In this document: positions 25,830 to 40,180 of the stretch, piece after piece
How the letters are laid out: every line of letters starts with the position of its first letter
Numbering within the stretch: the stretch's first letter is position 1
Assembly: GCA_964016885.1 (NCBI GenBank)
Contig: OZ024742.1
Span: forward strand, 315,642,001-315,706,000
Source: Eledone cirrhosa
Taxonomy: Eukaryota
Length of the DNA: 64,000 nucleotides
Direction: 5' to 3'
Notes under the pieces: generated by a model
Databases searched by the model: none
Seen by the model: only the letters and a program-made list of their open reading frames with translations
Told to the model about the DNA's origin: nothing
Translations under genes and position numbers: made by a program

Positions 25830-27480
25830 CAGGTAAACGCCAAGCTTATCATTGGTGATGTCTCGGCCGCAGTCAGAGTTGTTGCCTCAGAGGACACTGT
25901 CCTCCAACCCACCGAGGAGGTATGGCTGCTCTGCGACTCAAACACCCTGAGCCACCCACTGATCTCAGACCCTTACCCCCACCCGACCCTCCCTTGCTCC
26001 TTGTGGCTTCTGATGCAGACATCATGTCCGCCATCAGGTCCTTCCCAGCTAGCAGCTGCGGAGTAGTCCAGGTCAACTCGGCCAAGTCGGAGGTGGTGAA
26101 TGTCAGCCTCGATGCTGCGAGCTTTGCGTCATGGACGTGCGGTTTATTCTCTACCAGGTTCAGGTGACGTCCAAAGAGGATGTCCTCATCCTCGGGTCAC
26201 CGATCCATCCGCTCCACCATCAGGTCCAGGCTTCAACAACTCCAGACTCTCACGAGCCGACTGGGCTTGATTGACGGCCACCCAGCTCTATACCCTCCGC
26301 AGCGCTCCGTGCTACACCCAGACATCTCTCCTAGCTGACCTCGATACTTGTATCCGAGCAGCAGCCGAGGAGATATGCAACGTCAAGTTTGACAACATAG
26401 GATGGCAACAGGTCACTTTACCTGTCAGGTATGGCGGCCATGGCCTCCGGTCCCCCCATCTCACTAGCTTTGCTGGCGTATCTTTCGTCGGTAACCTCGT
26501 GCCGCGTCCTCGTCAGCAGGGTTCTTCAAAACACAACAGAACCCTCTGTGTTCAGAGAACGTGAGGCCGCCTGTGAGACGTGGGACTTAGCCCAGTGGAC
26601 GTCCCTCCTCCTCCCCCTGTTGACGTCAACCCAACCCCCCCCCCCGACGCAGTTGGGATGTCATCCAGTGCAGCCTGGCCTCAGACAGGCTCACGCGCCA
26701 CCTCGACCACCACTACCTTGCTTGTTTTCGTGCGGCCTCCAAACACCACAGTGGTGCCTGGCTCCATGCCCTGCCCTCCTTCTCAACTGGCACGCAGCTA
26801 GGCAACCATAGCCTGCGCATCGACGTTTCCCTGAGGCTCGGCCTCCGGATCTGCCAGCCACACCAATGTCGCTGCGGTTCCACCGGTAACTCTCTCGGCC
26901 TCCACCCGCTTTCCTGTCGCCACAGTGCCGGCCGCATTCAACGCCATACTGCCCTCAACGAGGTCATTAAGCATGGCTTGGATGCTGCAGGATTCCCTTC
27001 CCAGCTCGAGCCGGTGGGGCTGGATCGAGGGGACGGCAAAAGGCCAGATGGCATGACCATCTTCTCGTTCAGCGGTGGCAAATCCCTCGTCTGGGATGCC
27101 ACTAGCACCGATACTTTCTGCAGACGCAACCCGATGCAGTCTGCGACTGACCCAGGTTCTGCTGCACGTCGGGCTGAGGAGGCCAAATTCCTCAAATACC
27201 GGTCGCTCTCCGACAGGTTTGCGGTCGTACCCCTGGCAGTGGAGACTTCTGGTGTCCTCGGCCCCAGGGCTACCTCTTTACTCACCACCATAGGCGCTGA
27301 GCTGGCCAGCCGCAGGTGTGAGCCCCGCGAGTTGGAGTGGCTTTTCCAGTGCGTCTCACTTGTCGTCCTCCGGAGAAACGCCTTCTCCATTCTGTCCGCC
27401 GGAGCTGTGGGAGGGCCCCATCGCGTATCAGGCCGATAAATAAAGTACCAATCCGATTCTCCACCCACCTTTTCTCTCTA
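25830..27480 (+). mobile_element. Decayed CRE-like non-LTR retrotransposon with restriction-like endonuclease
   Basis: GC-rich; QVTLPVRYGG.GLR, CRCG..HPLSC..RH, LEPVGLDRGDGKRPDG..LVWDATSTDT..KFLKY..VVPLAVETSGVLG; related minus-strand scraps near 24890-25030 and 35480-35760. Confidence 0.8.
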
Positions 27481-27670
27481 TCCCCACACACACATCTTTC
27501 TGGCAGTTACTGATAGAAAATATCCTTTTAATTGTATCTGTCTACTCATTAATCGTATACAGTAAAATTATAAATAGTACGTTTTTCAAAACTAAAAAAA
27601 AAACCAAAAAACCCAAAGTTGTTTCATTAAAAACAAGACATATATATGTACGTACATACGTATGTAAATA

Positions 27671-28276
27671 CTATCAGTGGTACCCGGCGTTGCACGAGAT
27701 AAGGTATTTTGGAACGCGGGCCGCCAACAGACCTAATCGTGGAAAAACTGCATGCCTGGACAATATGTAAAGAAAATAAACCGAATACTCTGATGGCTGG
27801 ATAATCTAAGATTTTCCGCGATGAAGCAGGAAAAACAGGTTTTCACCTAATGATCCTAGGGGATCAAGAAAATGAATTTTTTTATGTGCCAAATATGCCT
27901 TGAAATTTTGGGAAAATCGGTTAGACGTAACGCCTCAAAAGAGTCGTGAAAAGCTGAAAAAAATGAAGTTTTTCACCTAATGCGGGCCCTAGGCCATAAA
28001 AAAGTTGGATTTCTTTGCTCGCGGTATGAAGAAGAGACTGACTAATACATAGTTACAATTTCAAGGAAATCGGTCTGACGTAACGCCTCAAAAAACCCCT
28101 AAAAAGCTGGATCCTAGGGGATCAAAAAGTTAAATTGTTTTTATGTGCATAACACTCTCTGAAATAAAAGTAATTCACATGTAAAGTTTGAAAACGATCG
28201 GTTGGGTACTTCTCGGGTTTCACAGACACACACATACATACATACATCCTTCCTCAGTTTTATATAAATATATAGA
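27671..28276 (-). mobile_element. Non-autonomous Helitron
   Basis: Minus strand starts A|TCTATATATTTATATAAA and ends with GCAACGCCGGG hairpin then ATAG|T (mutated CTAG); ends resemble 52413-53319. Confidence 0.7.
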
Positions 28277-28870
28277 TTAAAGTAACAGTTTATCAAAGTT
28301 AAAATAACAGTTAATAAAGTTTAAGCAAAGAATCGTTGCTTTCACCCTTAACGGGATCTTCTGAAACTAAAAACATCAATCTGTGAACGCAGAAGTAAAT
28401 ATTTCGAAAAACGTTGCAACCGAAGGAAAACAGGAAGACGATACTTTGGTTCGTGAAGACGTTCCCTGGCAATGAACGGATAGTAGCGAACATAATACGT
28501 CATCAATGTTCGTCAGAATGTCGTAATGCAGACAGCCAGATATACAGACAGATATTATAAGAGCGCGATGGAGATGGATAACCGGCGCCTAACACTCCTT
28601 TAACAACAGAAAATTGAAAAATAAAAGCTGCAGTTAACATCTTTAGACGGCAAGGAATATATAAATGCAAGGTTGAAATCAATCGGAGTAGAAATGTCGA
28701 TTTGTATAGACTTTGCAAAAATGAGGGCACGCACGCACGCACACGCACACAACATCAGTTTCATATATATAGATGTATGTTTGGGCTGAGGGAATACACA
28801 TGTAATATCAAACATTCTCTCTCACACACCACACACACACACTCTCTCTCACACACAACACACACACACA

Positions 28871-28954
<84 letters not shown>

Positions 28955-29149
28955 TACACACATTATTTTTAATTCTCTTTCAATTAAGGATTTTTGAGTA
29001 ATTTTTCTTTTGCTAGGTCTGGAGGAAGGGACTATACCTCTGAATTGTGCAAGCTCTTCGATATCGATAAGCTGGATGCTGTTGATGTTATTGTTGTTGG
29101 GGTGGTAGCGGTATGGGGTGTTGCAGCGATGGTGGATTATTATTATTAT

Positions 29150-29592
29150 TATTGACTTTGCCTTTCATCCTTACGGGGTCGATTAAATAAAGTACCAGTA
29201 ATGAACTGGGTAATTGCTGGCCTTGTGCCTAAAGTAGAAACAATTATTATTATTAAGATAAAAAAAAAGTTACGGCCCTTTATGATCTGAGTTCAAATCC
29301 CGCCGAGGTTAACTTTGCCTTTCATCCTTACGAGGTCGATACAATAAAGTACCAGTCACGCACTGGGGACGATTTAATCGACTTTCCCCTCTCCCAAAAT
29401 TGCTGGCCTTGAGGTGGATTGGCAGTATCGGTGGAGGGTCGGACGCCATGCTTATGTCCTTTTACGATCTGAGTTCAAATCCCGCCGAGGTTGACTTTGC
29501 CTTTCATCCTTGCGGGGTCGATAAAATAAAGTACCAGTAATGCACTGGGTAATTGCTGGCCTTGTGCCTAAAGAAGAAACAATTATTATTAT
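29150..29592 (+). mobile_element. Tandem cluster of Nin/Deu-core SINEs
   Basis: Three repeats of ACTTTGCCTTTCATCCTT..GGTCGAT..AAAGTACCAGT; (TTA)n tails. Confidence 0.85.
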
Positions 29593-29842
29593 TGTTCTTT
29601 GAGTCACAGTCATTGATGTTATTGAACTGGAAAGTTTGTTGAAATGAATATCAAGCCACTACCTGCAGCCTCAGACATTCAGGACGTATCGGAGGGTTCT
29701 TGCTGTTCCCAGCAAGCATGCCTTTTGAAGTGTTCCAAAAAACGGGGCTGGACTAATCTTCTTTAACCATCCTTGGAAACATTTTGAGATAGTACCTAGT
29801 GCGCTTATGACAATCGGGAAGACCTTGATCTCATGGCAGTTT
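29593..29842 (-). mobile_element. 3' fragment of an R4/Dong-clade non-LTR element
   Basis: VFPIVISALGTI..WLKKI..LQKACLLGTARTLRYVL is a typical R4-clade C-terminus; (TAA)n at both ends. Confidence 0.75.
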
Positions 29843-29944
29843 CTATTATTATTATTATTATTAAAGTACCACTGGGATAATTGCTGGCCTTGTGCCAAAA
29901 GTAGAAACAATTATTATTATTATTATTTTTATTATTTTTATTAT

Positions 29945-30133
29945 AAGGGTGGTTTGACAGTATCAGTAGAGCATCAGACATCGTTTTTCAGCATAGAGTT
30001 ATGGCCCTTTACGGTCTGAGTTCAAATTCCGCTGAGGTTAACTTTTCCTATCATCCTTACGGGGTCGATAAAATAAAGCACCAGTAATGTACTGGGATAA
30101 TTGCTGGCCTTGTGCCAAAAGTAGAAACAATTA
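29945..30133 (+). mobile_element. Nin/Deu-core SINE
   Basis: Same family as 29410-29590. Confidence 0.8.
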
Positions 30134-30549
30134 TTTGCTAGGTCTGGAAGAAAGGGCTGTCCTCATGGCCAGCTTCCCTGAGATCATATATTTTGAAGCT
30201 GTTAAGTTCAGTTTACATTGTTGTAGGTCAACTTCTGAATGAAAGACATCCACAGAGAAAGAATTCAAGAGGGATGGTATTTTGTGGGAAGAAGGACTGG
30301 GCGGCATTGTGGTTATTGCAAGGTCTGAGGAGTTGGACACAATATGTATGGTGGAAGGAGAAGAGGAATGCCTGAATGAAGGTAGCATGAAATCAGCCAG
30401 ATCCGAGAAGGGCCAGTCTGTTAAATGCAATTCTAGATATGTTTAGAATGTACGTTCGTTATAAGAGATCGAACACCAGGGCACTTCTAATTGCGTGCTG
30501 CTCATGTTTAATGGTGGTAAGGTGAAGTAATGTTTCATACACATAGAAT

Positions 30550-30729
30550 CAGTGCCGGATTTACAGTTGTGCTTAGGCGTGCTTAAGTACAGGATCCTAT
30601 TGGCCAGGGAAGAAGGGGCATCTTCCTGCCCAAAAATTTGTTTACGATGAATTACCTCCTTTGGGGCCCAAGTAAGGGCCCTCATAACCTAACTAGCACA
30701 GTGCCGCACTTGCCCTAAATCCAACACTG
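30550..30729. mobile_element. hAT-like MITE
   Basis: TIRs CAGTGCCGGATTTA / TAAATCCAACACTG. Confidence 0.65.
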
Positions 30730-31440
30730 CAAACAATCAACAAAGTAAACGAGATAAAAATGAATTAGTCTTGTCACTGATTCGGTCATTGAGGGACAAC
30801 GTCTTTCAGTAATTATATCGACGCCAGCACTTATTTCAATCTATTACTTATTATCGATCTCTATTTGCCGATTTACCACGTTACTGGACAAAAGCAAGAA
30901 CGAACAAACGAACGCGCGCACGCACACACACGCCGAATAAGAGCCTATTTCAAATGACAGTTTTTGCAGATTTGCAATTATTTTCCAAGAAATTGTCCAC
31001 TGAATGAGTTAATTCTTTCCCGGGCAACGTCGCGTACTTTTGCTAGTATATATATATATATATGCACCACTTTATATTCCTTTTGAAAAGGGGGGTTTTA
31101 ACACCGAAACTTCATGAAAGAGAAAGTAATAGTGTAAACTGTTGTATTGTTTTGTCTTACTTTATTTTCGTTTTCACTCCTTTATGTCTAAGTTGCATTG
31201 TACTGCCCCATCCAAAGTAATCGCCCCCACCGCCACACACACACACCATATATATATGTGTGTGTGTGTATGATATACATGTATGATATACATGTCTTCT
31301 GATGAGGATTCAATAAAATCGAAAAATTGATTAAAGATGTTTATCCTTTCATCTATTCACAGGTAAATTCGTTTTTTCGGGCATGTTTATATACCTATAA
31401 ATTGATGCAGTCTCGGTTAAACATTCGGTATTTATACGGA

Positions 31441-31496
<56 letters not shown>

Positions 31497-31499
31497 GTA

Positions 31500-31530
<31 letters not shown>

Positions 31531-31771
31531 ATAATTAAAATATAAAAAAAACAAAGAAATAAGTAATACCAGAAAGTAAAACAAACAAAAAAATGATAAA
31601 AGAAACGCTGTAAGGTAAAAATATAAAGGTAGACAGGAATAAGCCCTTCCTTTGTCTATAATTTTAAGGTGATAATATAATGTCTCTTATTAGAAATATG
31701 CTAACGAAAGTTTTCAGCGACTGAGAACTAAAGGCCGTTACAGCTACCATTTTCAGTTTAGTGAACTAGAG

Positions 31772-32212
31772 CAGGTATGTCAAACATGCAGCCCTTTGCA
31801 AGCACACTTGCAGCCTGCGCATGGGTTTTTACAGCGCGAGCATGTTTTATCTTTGTAATATAAAATAAAATAAAAATTAGTTGTATTGTGTGCAATTAGT
31901 TGTCGTGTGTGGCCCTCAGACAACACATATGTGACCCATGTGGCCCTGGGGGGACCTTCAGTTTGACATGTTTTAACTTGAGAAATGGCAAGTGAAATGT
32001 CTTGCTTAAAGATATAACGAGCCACCTGGTGTGACCCTCGGGGGACCTTTAGTTTGACATGTTTTAACTTGAGAAATGGCAAGTGTAATATCTTGCTTTA
32101 AAGATATAACGAGCCACCTGGTGTGGCCCTCAGGGGACCTTTAGTTTGACATGTTTTAACTTGAGAAATGGCAAGTGAAATGTCTTGCTTAAAGATATAA
32201 CGAGCCACCTGG
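31772..32212. mobile_element. hAT-Charlie-like MITE whose right end and flank are tandemly triplicated (unit about 90 bp)
   Basis: Left TIR CAGGTATGTCAAAC; AGTTTGACATGTTTTAACTTGAGAAATGGC..GAGCCACCTGG occurs three times. Confidence 0.65.
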
Positions 32213-32892
32213 TTCAAGTTTCGAACCTACGATCTTATGGTCGTGAGCCTAACACTGTAACCATTAGGCCACGAACTTTTTGTTCAAGTTAATAAATATA
32301 GCAGAAAAGAGTAGAACCTATTAGAAACATAAGATGAAAAATAAGAAATAGAGATATTAAAAAAAAAAAAGGAAGCACTGTGAGTTTTCGTCATAATGTA
32401 TATGGCCATGCTGGAGCACTTCCTTCAAAAACAAACAAAATAGTTATGAAAAAGTGAAAAGAAAACAAAAAACAAACAGCTAATATAATGTAATGAAGAA
32501 AAGAACACGAAGAAAGTGAGAAAGTAATTACTAATACCGTATTTCTTTAGAAATACGAAGTTCAAATACATATTTGTATACAGTTATGTTCGAAGCTAAA
32601 TTATAAATATATATATATATATAAATATATACTTAATACATTAACAGAGAAAGCCATTAGCGATACTCCGAACAATTTCCAACTCACTCAACAAACATTA
32701 GGAAATACCTAAGCATATTCCCAATTATACGTTTGGGGTGCTAACTATATTGTATTGTGTGGATAATCGGCTGTATTATTTTATATAAGACATAATTAAA
32801 TAAATCTCATTCCCCATACGATCGTTTCAATATAAGATTTCTACAAAGTGGGGGAAAAGTCTCCTAGTTATGTATATACACACACACACACA

Positions 32893-32981
<89 letters not shown>

Positions 32982-33050
32982 TTAAATATATATATATATA
33001 TATATGACAGGAGTTACGGGTCCAAACCATATATGTGTGTGTGTGTGAAT

Positions 33051-33148
33051 ACAAGGTGTCCCCCAAAAATGTATATACACTGATTACATGTACAGGCAAT
33101 ATTTATTAAAATGCTGTTGAAACGTGTATACATTTTTTAGATACCCTG
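33051..33148. mobile_element. Tc1-type MITE of about 100 bp
   Basis: TA|CAAGGTGTCCCCCAAAAATGTATA ... TATACATTTTTTAGATACCCTG|TA; second copy in reverse at about 40177-40277. Confidence 0.75.
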
Positions 33149-34059
33149 TACACACGCACACGCATACACACACACACACACGGCAAGAATAAAAAGACTG
33201 AGAAACAAGCCCGTTCAGTGGTGATAATAAAGGCCGAGGCCTGATGTAGAATGTAAGCCTCATTTGAAATTACTAGTAATCAGTGTTAATTACATATGGT
33301 TTATATAATGGGTTACGTTTAAATATACATGTACCATACATGTAATGAACATGATGTAGTTAGAATTTAACAGAAGGAAACCATAGGATAAAAGTTTGGG
33401 GCGATAGGCGTAACATTACTCCACTAAAAATCGGAGATCCATACCAACTGACCAATAGTATAACCCTTTCCCACCTCTAAACTCTATCATCAGGTCAGCC
33501 GATAGATGTTAAATAGATGAAATATTTCGTTTAAGAAAAAGTAAAGTAAGAACGCAATAAAACATGCAAAAGAACAAACAAATAAAAAACAACAAAAACA
33601 ACACAAAAGAAGAAAGATAATTGATGACTATTGCTAAAAAAGAACTCACACGCACAAACTTATATATGTATATATATATAATCATAGACATACACGTATT
33701 ATATATATATAATATATATATATATATAAGTATATATATATTATATATATATAATAAATATATATATATATAATAAATATATATATTATATATATATATA
33801 TAATAAATATATATATTATATATATATATATAATAAATATATATATTATATATATATATATATAATAAATATATATATTATATATATATATATAATAAAT
33901 ATATATATATATAATAAATATATATATATATAATAAATATATATATATATATTATATAATATATATATATATAATAAATATATATATATATATTATATAT
34001 ATATATTATGTATATAATATGTGTATATATATATATTTAATATGTATATAGTATATATA

Positions 34060-34130
<71 letters not shown>

Positions 34131-34505
34131 CATACACACACACACACACACACATATATATACATATATACATACACACATATATATATAAACACATATG
34201 CTTTTTTTTCGGACAGTTACCAGAAGGTCAAGTTGGGCACCGCTTCCTGCATCCGTTGCAATAGTAGTTTGTTCCAAGTTGAGATAATTTGTACGTACAG
34301 TTCTCGGAGCAAGCATTGTTTTTAGAATGCAAGCTCTGGCTGGTATAAGGAATTATAACTCTCAATCTAAGGATGTACAGTATTGCTTGAATCAGACGCC
34401 GAAAGATGAGAAACGTACGGGTTACTAGAGAAATAAATATATAATGTAATATAACATATGATATATTATAAATAGAAACAAAATAATATATATATATATG
34501 TAAAC

Positions 34506-34539
<34 letters not shown>

Positions 34540-34759
34540 GCATATATATATATGTATAGATAGATATGTAAAACGTATATATATACGCATATATATATAT
34601 ATGTATAGATAGATATGTAAAACGTATATATATACGCATATATGTATAGATAGATATGTAAAACGTATATATATACGCATATATGTATAGATAGATATGT
34701 AAAACATATATATACGCATATATATATGTGTATAGATAGATATGTAAAACGTGTATGTG

Positions 34760-34796
<37 letters not shown>

Positions 34797-36781
34797 ATTA
34801 AGCATAACGGAACTGGCTATGTAAAGTGACATTTACTTTTAAGAATACGAGAGAAAGGGATGTGAGAATGTGTGTTGCGAGCAGTAGGTGGAATGGTATG
34901 GCGGAGGGGTGGGTGGGTATAAGCATATTGATAGTGAAGAACGAGAGAGAATGTGTGTGGTATGTAGAGAAAGAGAGAGGTAAGGGAGGAAGTAAAGGTG
35001 AGAGAATGAAAGTGTGACGTATAGGCTGGATTGGATATATCGAGATAGATAGATAGATAGACAGAAAAGAGGTGAATATACACAGTTCTTTAGAGAGAGC
35101 GAGAAGAGTGATATATGGAGGGTGTAGGATGAATTAAGGTATATTATTGGGGTTAGGAATAGATAGATATATCGATATAGAGAAAGATAGTGATATAATA
35201 GGTGAGATAGACTGATACAGAGAGGGAATAAGAGAGAGAGAGAGGGAGTTGGGTATACAAAATCTGAAGGAATAGTAAGGAGAGGTTGATAGATAGGGCA
35301 AACAGGTAGGTGGGTAGTGACGTCGATATTAGAGGGTTGACTAGTAAGTGGCTAGAAAGGTAGGTAGATAGGTAGATAGATAGATAGGTAGGTAGGTAGA
35401 TAGAGAGGTAGGTAGATAGATAAGTAGACTGATAAACTGATGTCTATTTTGGTCTCTATTTATATTTACAAACAGAAAGAGAAAAAAAAATGGGGGCGAG
35501 TGGAATGAAAAGGAGGCAAACTCCCTTGACTGAGTGATGTATCTCAGCTGCGCCTCACCGCACGGACAAGATAACGAAAGCAATGCATCTGAGAATAGCC
35601 AGCGATAGTCGCTGTACAAGCCATTGCACGTCATAGTGTTCCACTCCTTTCTCAAGCGAGATGCTCTCCTCCCGATTTGGCGAAAGAAAACAGCAGTCTG
35701 TGAACCAATGACACCAGAGCTCTCGATGGTGACAGACACAAAATGAAACTGCCAGTCACTGCCTAGTATTTATACAAGCGAATATAAACTTAATATTTAG
35801 TGGTTCTCTAAATATATAATATAATTTAATTGTTTCTACTTTAGGCACCAGGCCAGCAATTACCCAGTGCATTACTGGTACTTTATTTTATCGACCCCGT
35901 AAGGATGAAAGGCAAAGTCAATATATAATATAATTTAATGAATTAACACCAAACAATATAGCTATTTTCAATATTGTTCTCTAAATATATATCACTCTAT
36001 ATGCTAACATGAAACTACTTACCTTTTTGGTTTCTTGTATTATAGTCTTTGTATTTTTATTGTTTTATTTAGTTTCGGAGATTATGCTCATGGTTTTGTA
36101 GTAGTAGTGGTGGTGGTGGTCTGTTGTTTTTTATTGATTTCCTACAAAATTAATCATTTTGATACCAACAACCTGAAACTTGACCTACGATAAAGAGCTG
36201 CTTGTGTAAAGTGTTTATATTTATCTAGAAAAACTTTCATTATAATTTTATGGTAGAATCTGTTAAGTTATGCCCTAAATACCAGCTTTAAAATGACTGC
36301 AACATTCTGCCAAATTCTTGATTATTTTCAAAATTATTTGAAAATCTTAGGCAGTGTTTTTATTAGAAATATGGTAACGAAAGGTTGATATTGAACACTT
36401 TCTACAATGTATGCACTGCATTTGGACTAAATATTAGCACAAAAAAGACAAAGGTCATGTACACTCCACCAATTGGGGAAGTGTATGTGGAGCCAGACAT
36501 TCTCATAGGAGGAAAAAACTTGAAGAGGTGGACAGCTTTGAGTATCTCGGAATAGTAGAAATGTTACCCGTGATGCTGATATAAATCACAGGATTGCGAA
36601 AGCGAGTTTTGCCCTCGGGAAGTTTAAGAAGAGTGTCTAGTCAGATCGGGGTATCACAAGAGACACAAAGCTCTCTGTGGTTAAGTTCACTTTGCAACCA
36701 TATGATTAAGGGTTCGATCACACAGCGAAGTAGCTTGGGCAAGCGTTTTCTACTTTATCCTCGGGTTGATGAATAGAGTGA

Positions 36782-37030
36782 AGGCACGTGGCCTAGTGTA
36801 AGGGTGTTGGACTTACGATCATAATGTCGTTGGTTCGATTTCTGAGCTGAGTTGCGTGTTGTGTTCTTGAGCAAAATATTTCATTTCACGTTGCTCCAGT
36901 ATACTCAGCTGAAAATGAATACCAGCAATAGCTGGTGGCTTAACCCTGTGATGGACTGGCGTCCTGTCCAGGGAGGAGTCTTGTACTCTCAGTCGCTTCA
37001 TGCCATGAAACCGGGAAAAGCACCGGCTCA
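36782..37030 (+). mobile_element. tRNA-derived SINE, second family (Meta/V-domain-like)
   Basis: A box TGGCCTAGTG, B box GGTTCGATT, then GTGTTCTTGAGCAA and CCCTGTGATGGACTGGCGTCCTGTCCAGGG; other copies at 51115-51372(-) and 61945-62075(-). Confidence 0.8.
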
Positions 37031-37744
37031 ACGCACTGGTTTCATTGCTGTTTTAAACGCAGATCTACCTGCATTGAGTAACATAGATTAGATTCTAATT
37101 TCTCAAAACAGGATCTTTTATTTCTAAGATAAAACTTCATAAAAGTAGTAAAGTATTACGTTTACACACTAGATTTATGGTAACAAAATTCAAGTGATTT
37201 TTGTGGCTATGAAAACGGAAAAGGAAGGGAAAGGCTAGGGTTCTAAGGTAGCAGAAAATGGAGAGAGGGAAGGGGGATGGTGATGGGCTCTAAGCCTAGG
37301 GAACGGCGGTACTCAATATTTAGTCAATATAAAGAAAAAAAGTAGCATTGCAAAAGACAACAAATGAAAGAAAAGAGAGGGAAAGAGCAAGGAGTATTAA
37401 GCAACGAAAGAAAGGAAGGAAGAGGGGGCGAGGGGGACAAACTCTGCACCTAAGTCAGAGTGGTGTTTAGGCTGCACTCCGCGGACTAATGGCAAAGGTA
37501 TTGCCGCGTACAATGGCCAGCGACACCCTAATTTAGACACAAGACCATCAGTTTAGAGGGTAGAGAAAATCGATGAAATTGATGCCAGTATTGAGTTTGT
37601 ACTTTATTTTAACGATCCTAGAAGAATGAGACGGAAAGTTGATGTTGGTGGGATTTGAACTCAGATTGTAAAGAGCAGGGGCAAATATAAGCAAATACCA
37701 GTTTAATAATGAAAGAGGGCATTAATCGACAACCACTATCTGGT

Positions 37745-38033
37745 CTTCTTCTTCTTCTTCTTCTTCTTCGCCGCCCACTTATTTTTGAGAGGGTCGTGGG
37801 GGAAGAGTCCTAAAACACTCCTTCCTGTCAGAAGCAACCGTCACCAATTGATCCAGCTGGATCCCCAAGCGAGACCAGCCAAGCTCATGGATGTTATCGA
37901 ACCATTCTGCACGCGGTCTACCCCTGGGTCTTCTACCGATTGGTTTGGCCCGTAAAATCTGTCCAGCGATTCTTTCCTGAAGCATTCTAATCACATGCCC
38001 ATAGTACTGGAGCTGTGATATCTGAGATCTCAT
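37745..38033 (-). mobile_element. RTE-type LINE 3' fragment with (AAG)n tail
   Basis: QLQYYGHVIRM..GRRPRGRPRAEW; sister fragment at about 40650-41130(-). Confidence 0.75.
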
Positions 38034-38164
38034 TGTGCCTATGTTAGAAACAATTATTGCTGTTGTTATTATTGTTCATGTTATTCAAATCCCGCCGAGG
38101 TTAACTTTGCCTTTCATCTACCGATACTACCAATTCACCGCCCATTACTAAATGGTGAATGACA

Positions 38165-38358
38165 TATATACATACATAAATATCTAATGATATAAATGTA
38201 CAATAGGACATATCAAACTTTAACAAGAGACAATCTGTATAAAGTGTAAGAATACATATTGTATAAAGTGTAAGAATACATAGTTCGTTATAGTATCATA
38301 TTAAAATTTAACAAAAGTGTTGTCTCTTCATAAAGTTTAACATGCCCTATTGTACATT

Positions 38359-38393
<35 letters not shown>

Positions 38394-39078
38394 CATTCAC
38401 TATTTTGTAGTGATTAAATGCTCAGATTTATTCCTTGAATTTTTTCTTTGAGCTTATTTTGGGAGACAAGACACATGTTCGAGATAATCTCAGATATGAC
38501 ATCTATAACTTTGAATGTAATATATAATATATTTATGCTCCTACTTAATTGAGCTGTTAATGAGAGCTTAAGCTGCTATTTCTAGTTGGCGTGAACCCTT
38601 TCATGTCACTGCAGACAATGACCGCGTCCGTTGATTTTTTGATAATACCATGTGCTTCTCTCATTGTCTGCAATTCTGTATGTTAACGGGTGTCAGTTTA
38701 GATAGATCAATACCCTCACTGAAGAGCCAGATCGATCATCCAACTGTACCGATATTTGGTGAAATATATTCATGATTTCTGAAGGATATGAGGGAAATAT
38801 ATATGATTTTTATCAGGTATCTATATTTTAAACTTTTGTTAAATTTTAATATGATACTGTATTCTTACATTCTATACAGATTGTCTCTTATGTCCTATAT
38901 GTCCTATTTGATATGTCCATTTATATCATTAGATATTTATGGATGTTTATATGTAATTCACTATTTTGGATTTATTCTTTGAATTTTTTCTTTGAGCTTA
39001 TTTTGGGAGACAAGACACATGTTCGATATTATCTCAAACATGACATCTATAACTTTGAATGTAATATATAATATATGT
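38165..39078. repeat. pLTR-like module: direct repeat (about 38395-38533 and 38956-39075) plus inverted copy (about 38170-38258 vs 38860-38945), with a hammerhead-like core at 38716-38775
   Basis: Repeats read directly; TCA-CTGAAGA-GCCAGA..TTTGGT-GAAATATATTC-ATGA. Confidence 0.6.
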
Positions 39079-39629
39079 TTCTCTTACATAATTTTTATTA
39101 TGTCAACTATATTTTACAAAAAGAAGTTATAGTGTTGTTGCTGTTGTTGTTATTGTCGTTTTTAATGTTATTTTAATTTTTATTGTTGCTGTTATTGTTA
39201 TTGTTGTTGCTGGCGTTGTTGTTGTTATTGATGCTGTTATTGCCGCTGTTGTTATTGTTGCTGTTGTTGTTGTTGCTGGTGTTGTTGTCATTGTTATTGC
39301 TGTTGTTGTTTCTACTTTGTTATTAGTGTTGTTGCTATTGTTGTTATTGTTATTGCTACTGTTGTCATTGTTATTGTTACTGATGTTGCTGTTATTGTTG
39401 TTGCTGTTATCGTGATTAACTTTTGATTGCTATTCTGCTCAGCTCAGAATACCTTCTTTACAGACAGCATACTTTTGAAACCTCCTCTCCCTTCCTACCA
39501 TTGTTCTCTCATACTCTCTTTCTCCCTCTCTCTTAGCCGACCCTCTCTCTCTCTCTGCTTCTCGCTCTCTCTGCTGCTGTCTCTCTCTCTGCTTCTCGCT
39601 CTCTATTTTTGTTTTACTCTTTAATCACC

Positions 39630-40000
39630 CCTCTCTATCATAGTAGCGCCAAAATACCCCTCCCTCTATCACAATACCACTGTACCCCCCCCATTCCTCC
39701 CTCTCTCTCTATCATGTTACCACCGTAACCCCCCTTCACTCTCTCTATCATGGTATCACTGTAACACCCCTTCTCTCTATATATATCCTGGTACCACCGT
39801 TACCCCTTCCTCTCTCTCTCTCATGATACCACCGCTACCCCCTCCCCTCTCTCTATCATGGTACCACCGTTACCCCCTCTCTCTCTATCATGGTACCACC
39901 GTAACCCCCTCTCTCTCTATCATGGTACCACCGTAACCCCCCTCCTTTCTCACTATCATAGTACCCCCGTAATCCCCTCTCTCCTCTCTCACTATCATAG
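39630..40000. repeat. Degenerate minisatellite (CTCTATCATGGTACCACCGTAACCCC)n
   Basis: About 9-10 variable-length copies. Confidence 0.85.
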
Positions 40001-40137
40001 TAGTGCCACACACACCAGCTTTCTTACACATTCCACAAACAAACATCACACATGGTTCTTGTTCTGTTCTTAATAAGTCAGCATTGCTTACTGGGCCTGA
40101 GTCTAGCGTTTATATACAATATATACACACACACACA

Positions 40138-40180
<43 letters not shown>

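Noticed and set aside
36782-36855. Functional tRNA gene
   Set aside because: tRNA-like head continues into a SINE body; cloverleaf degenerate
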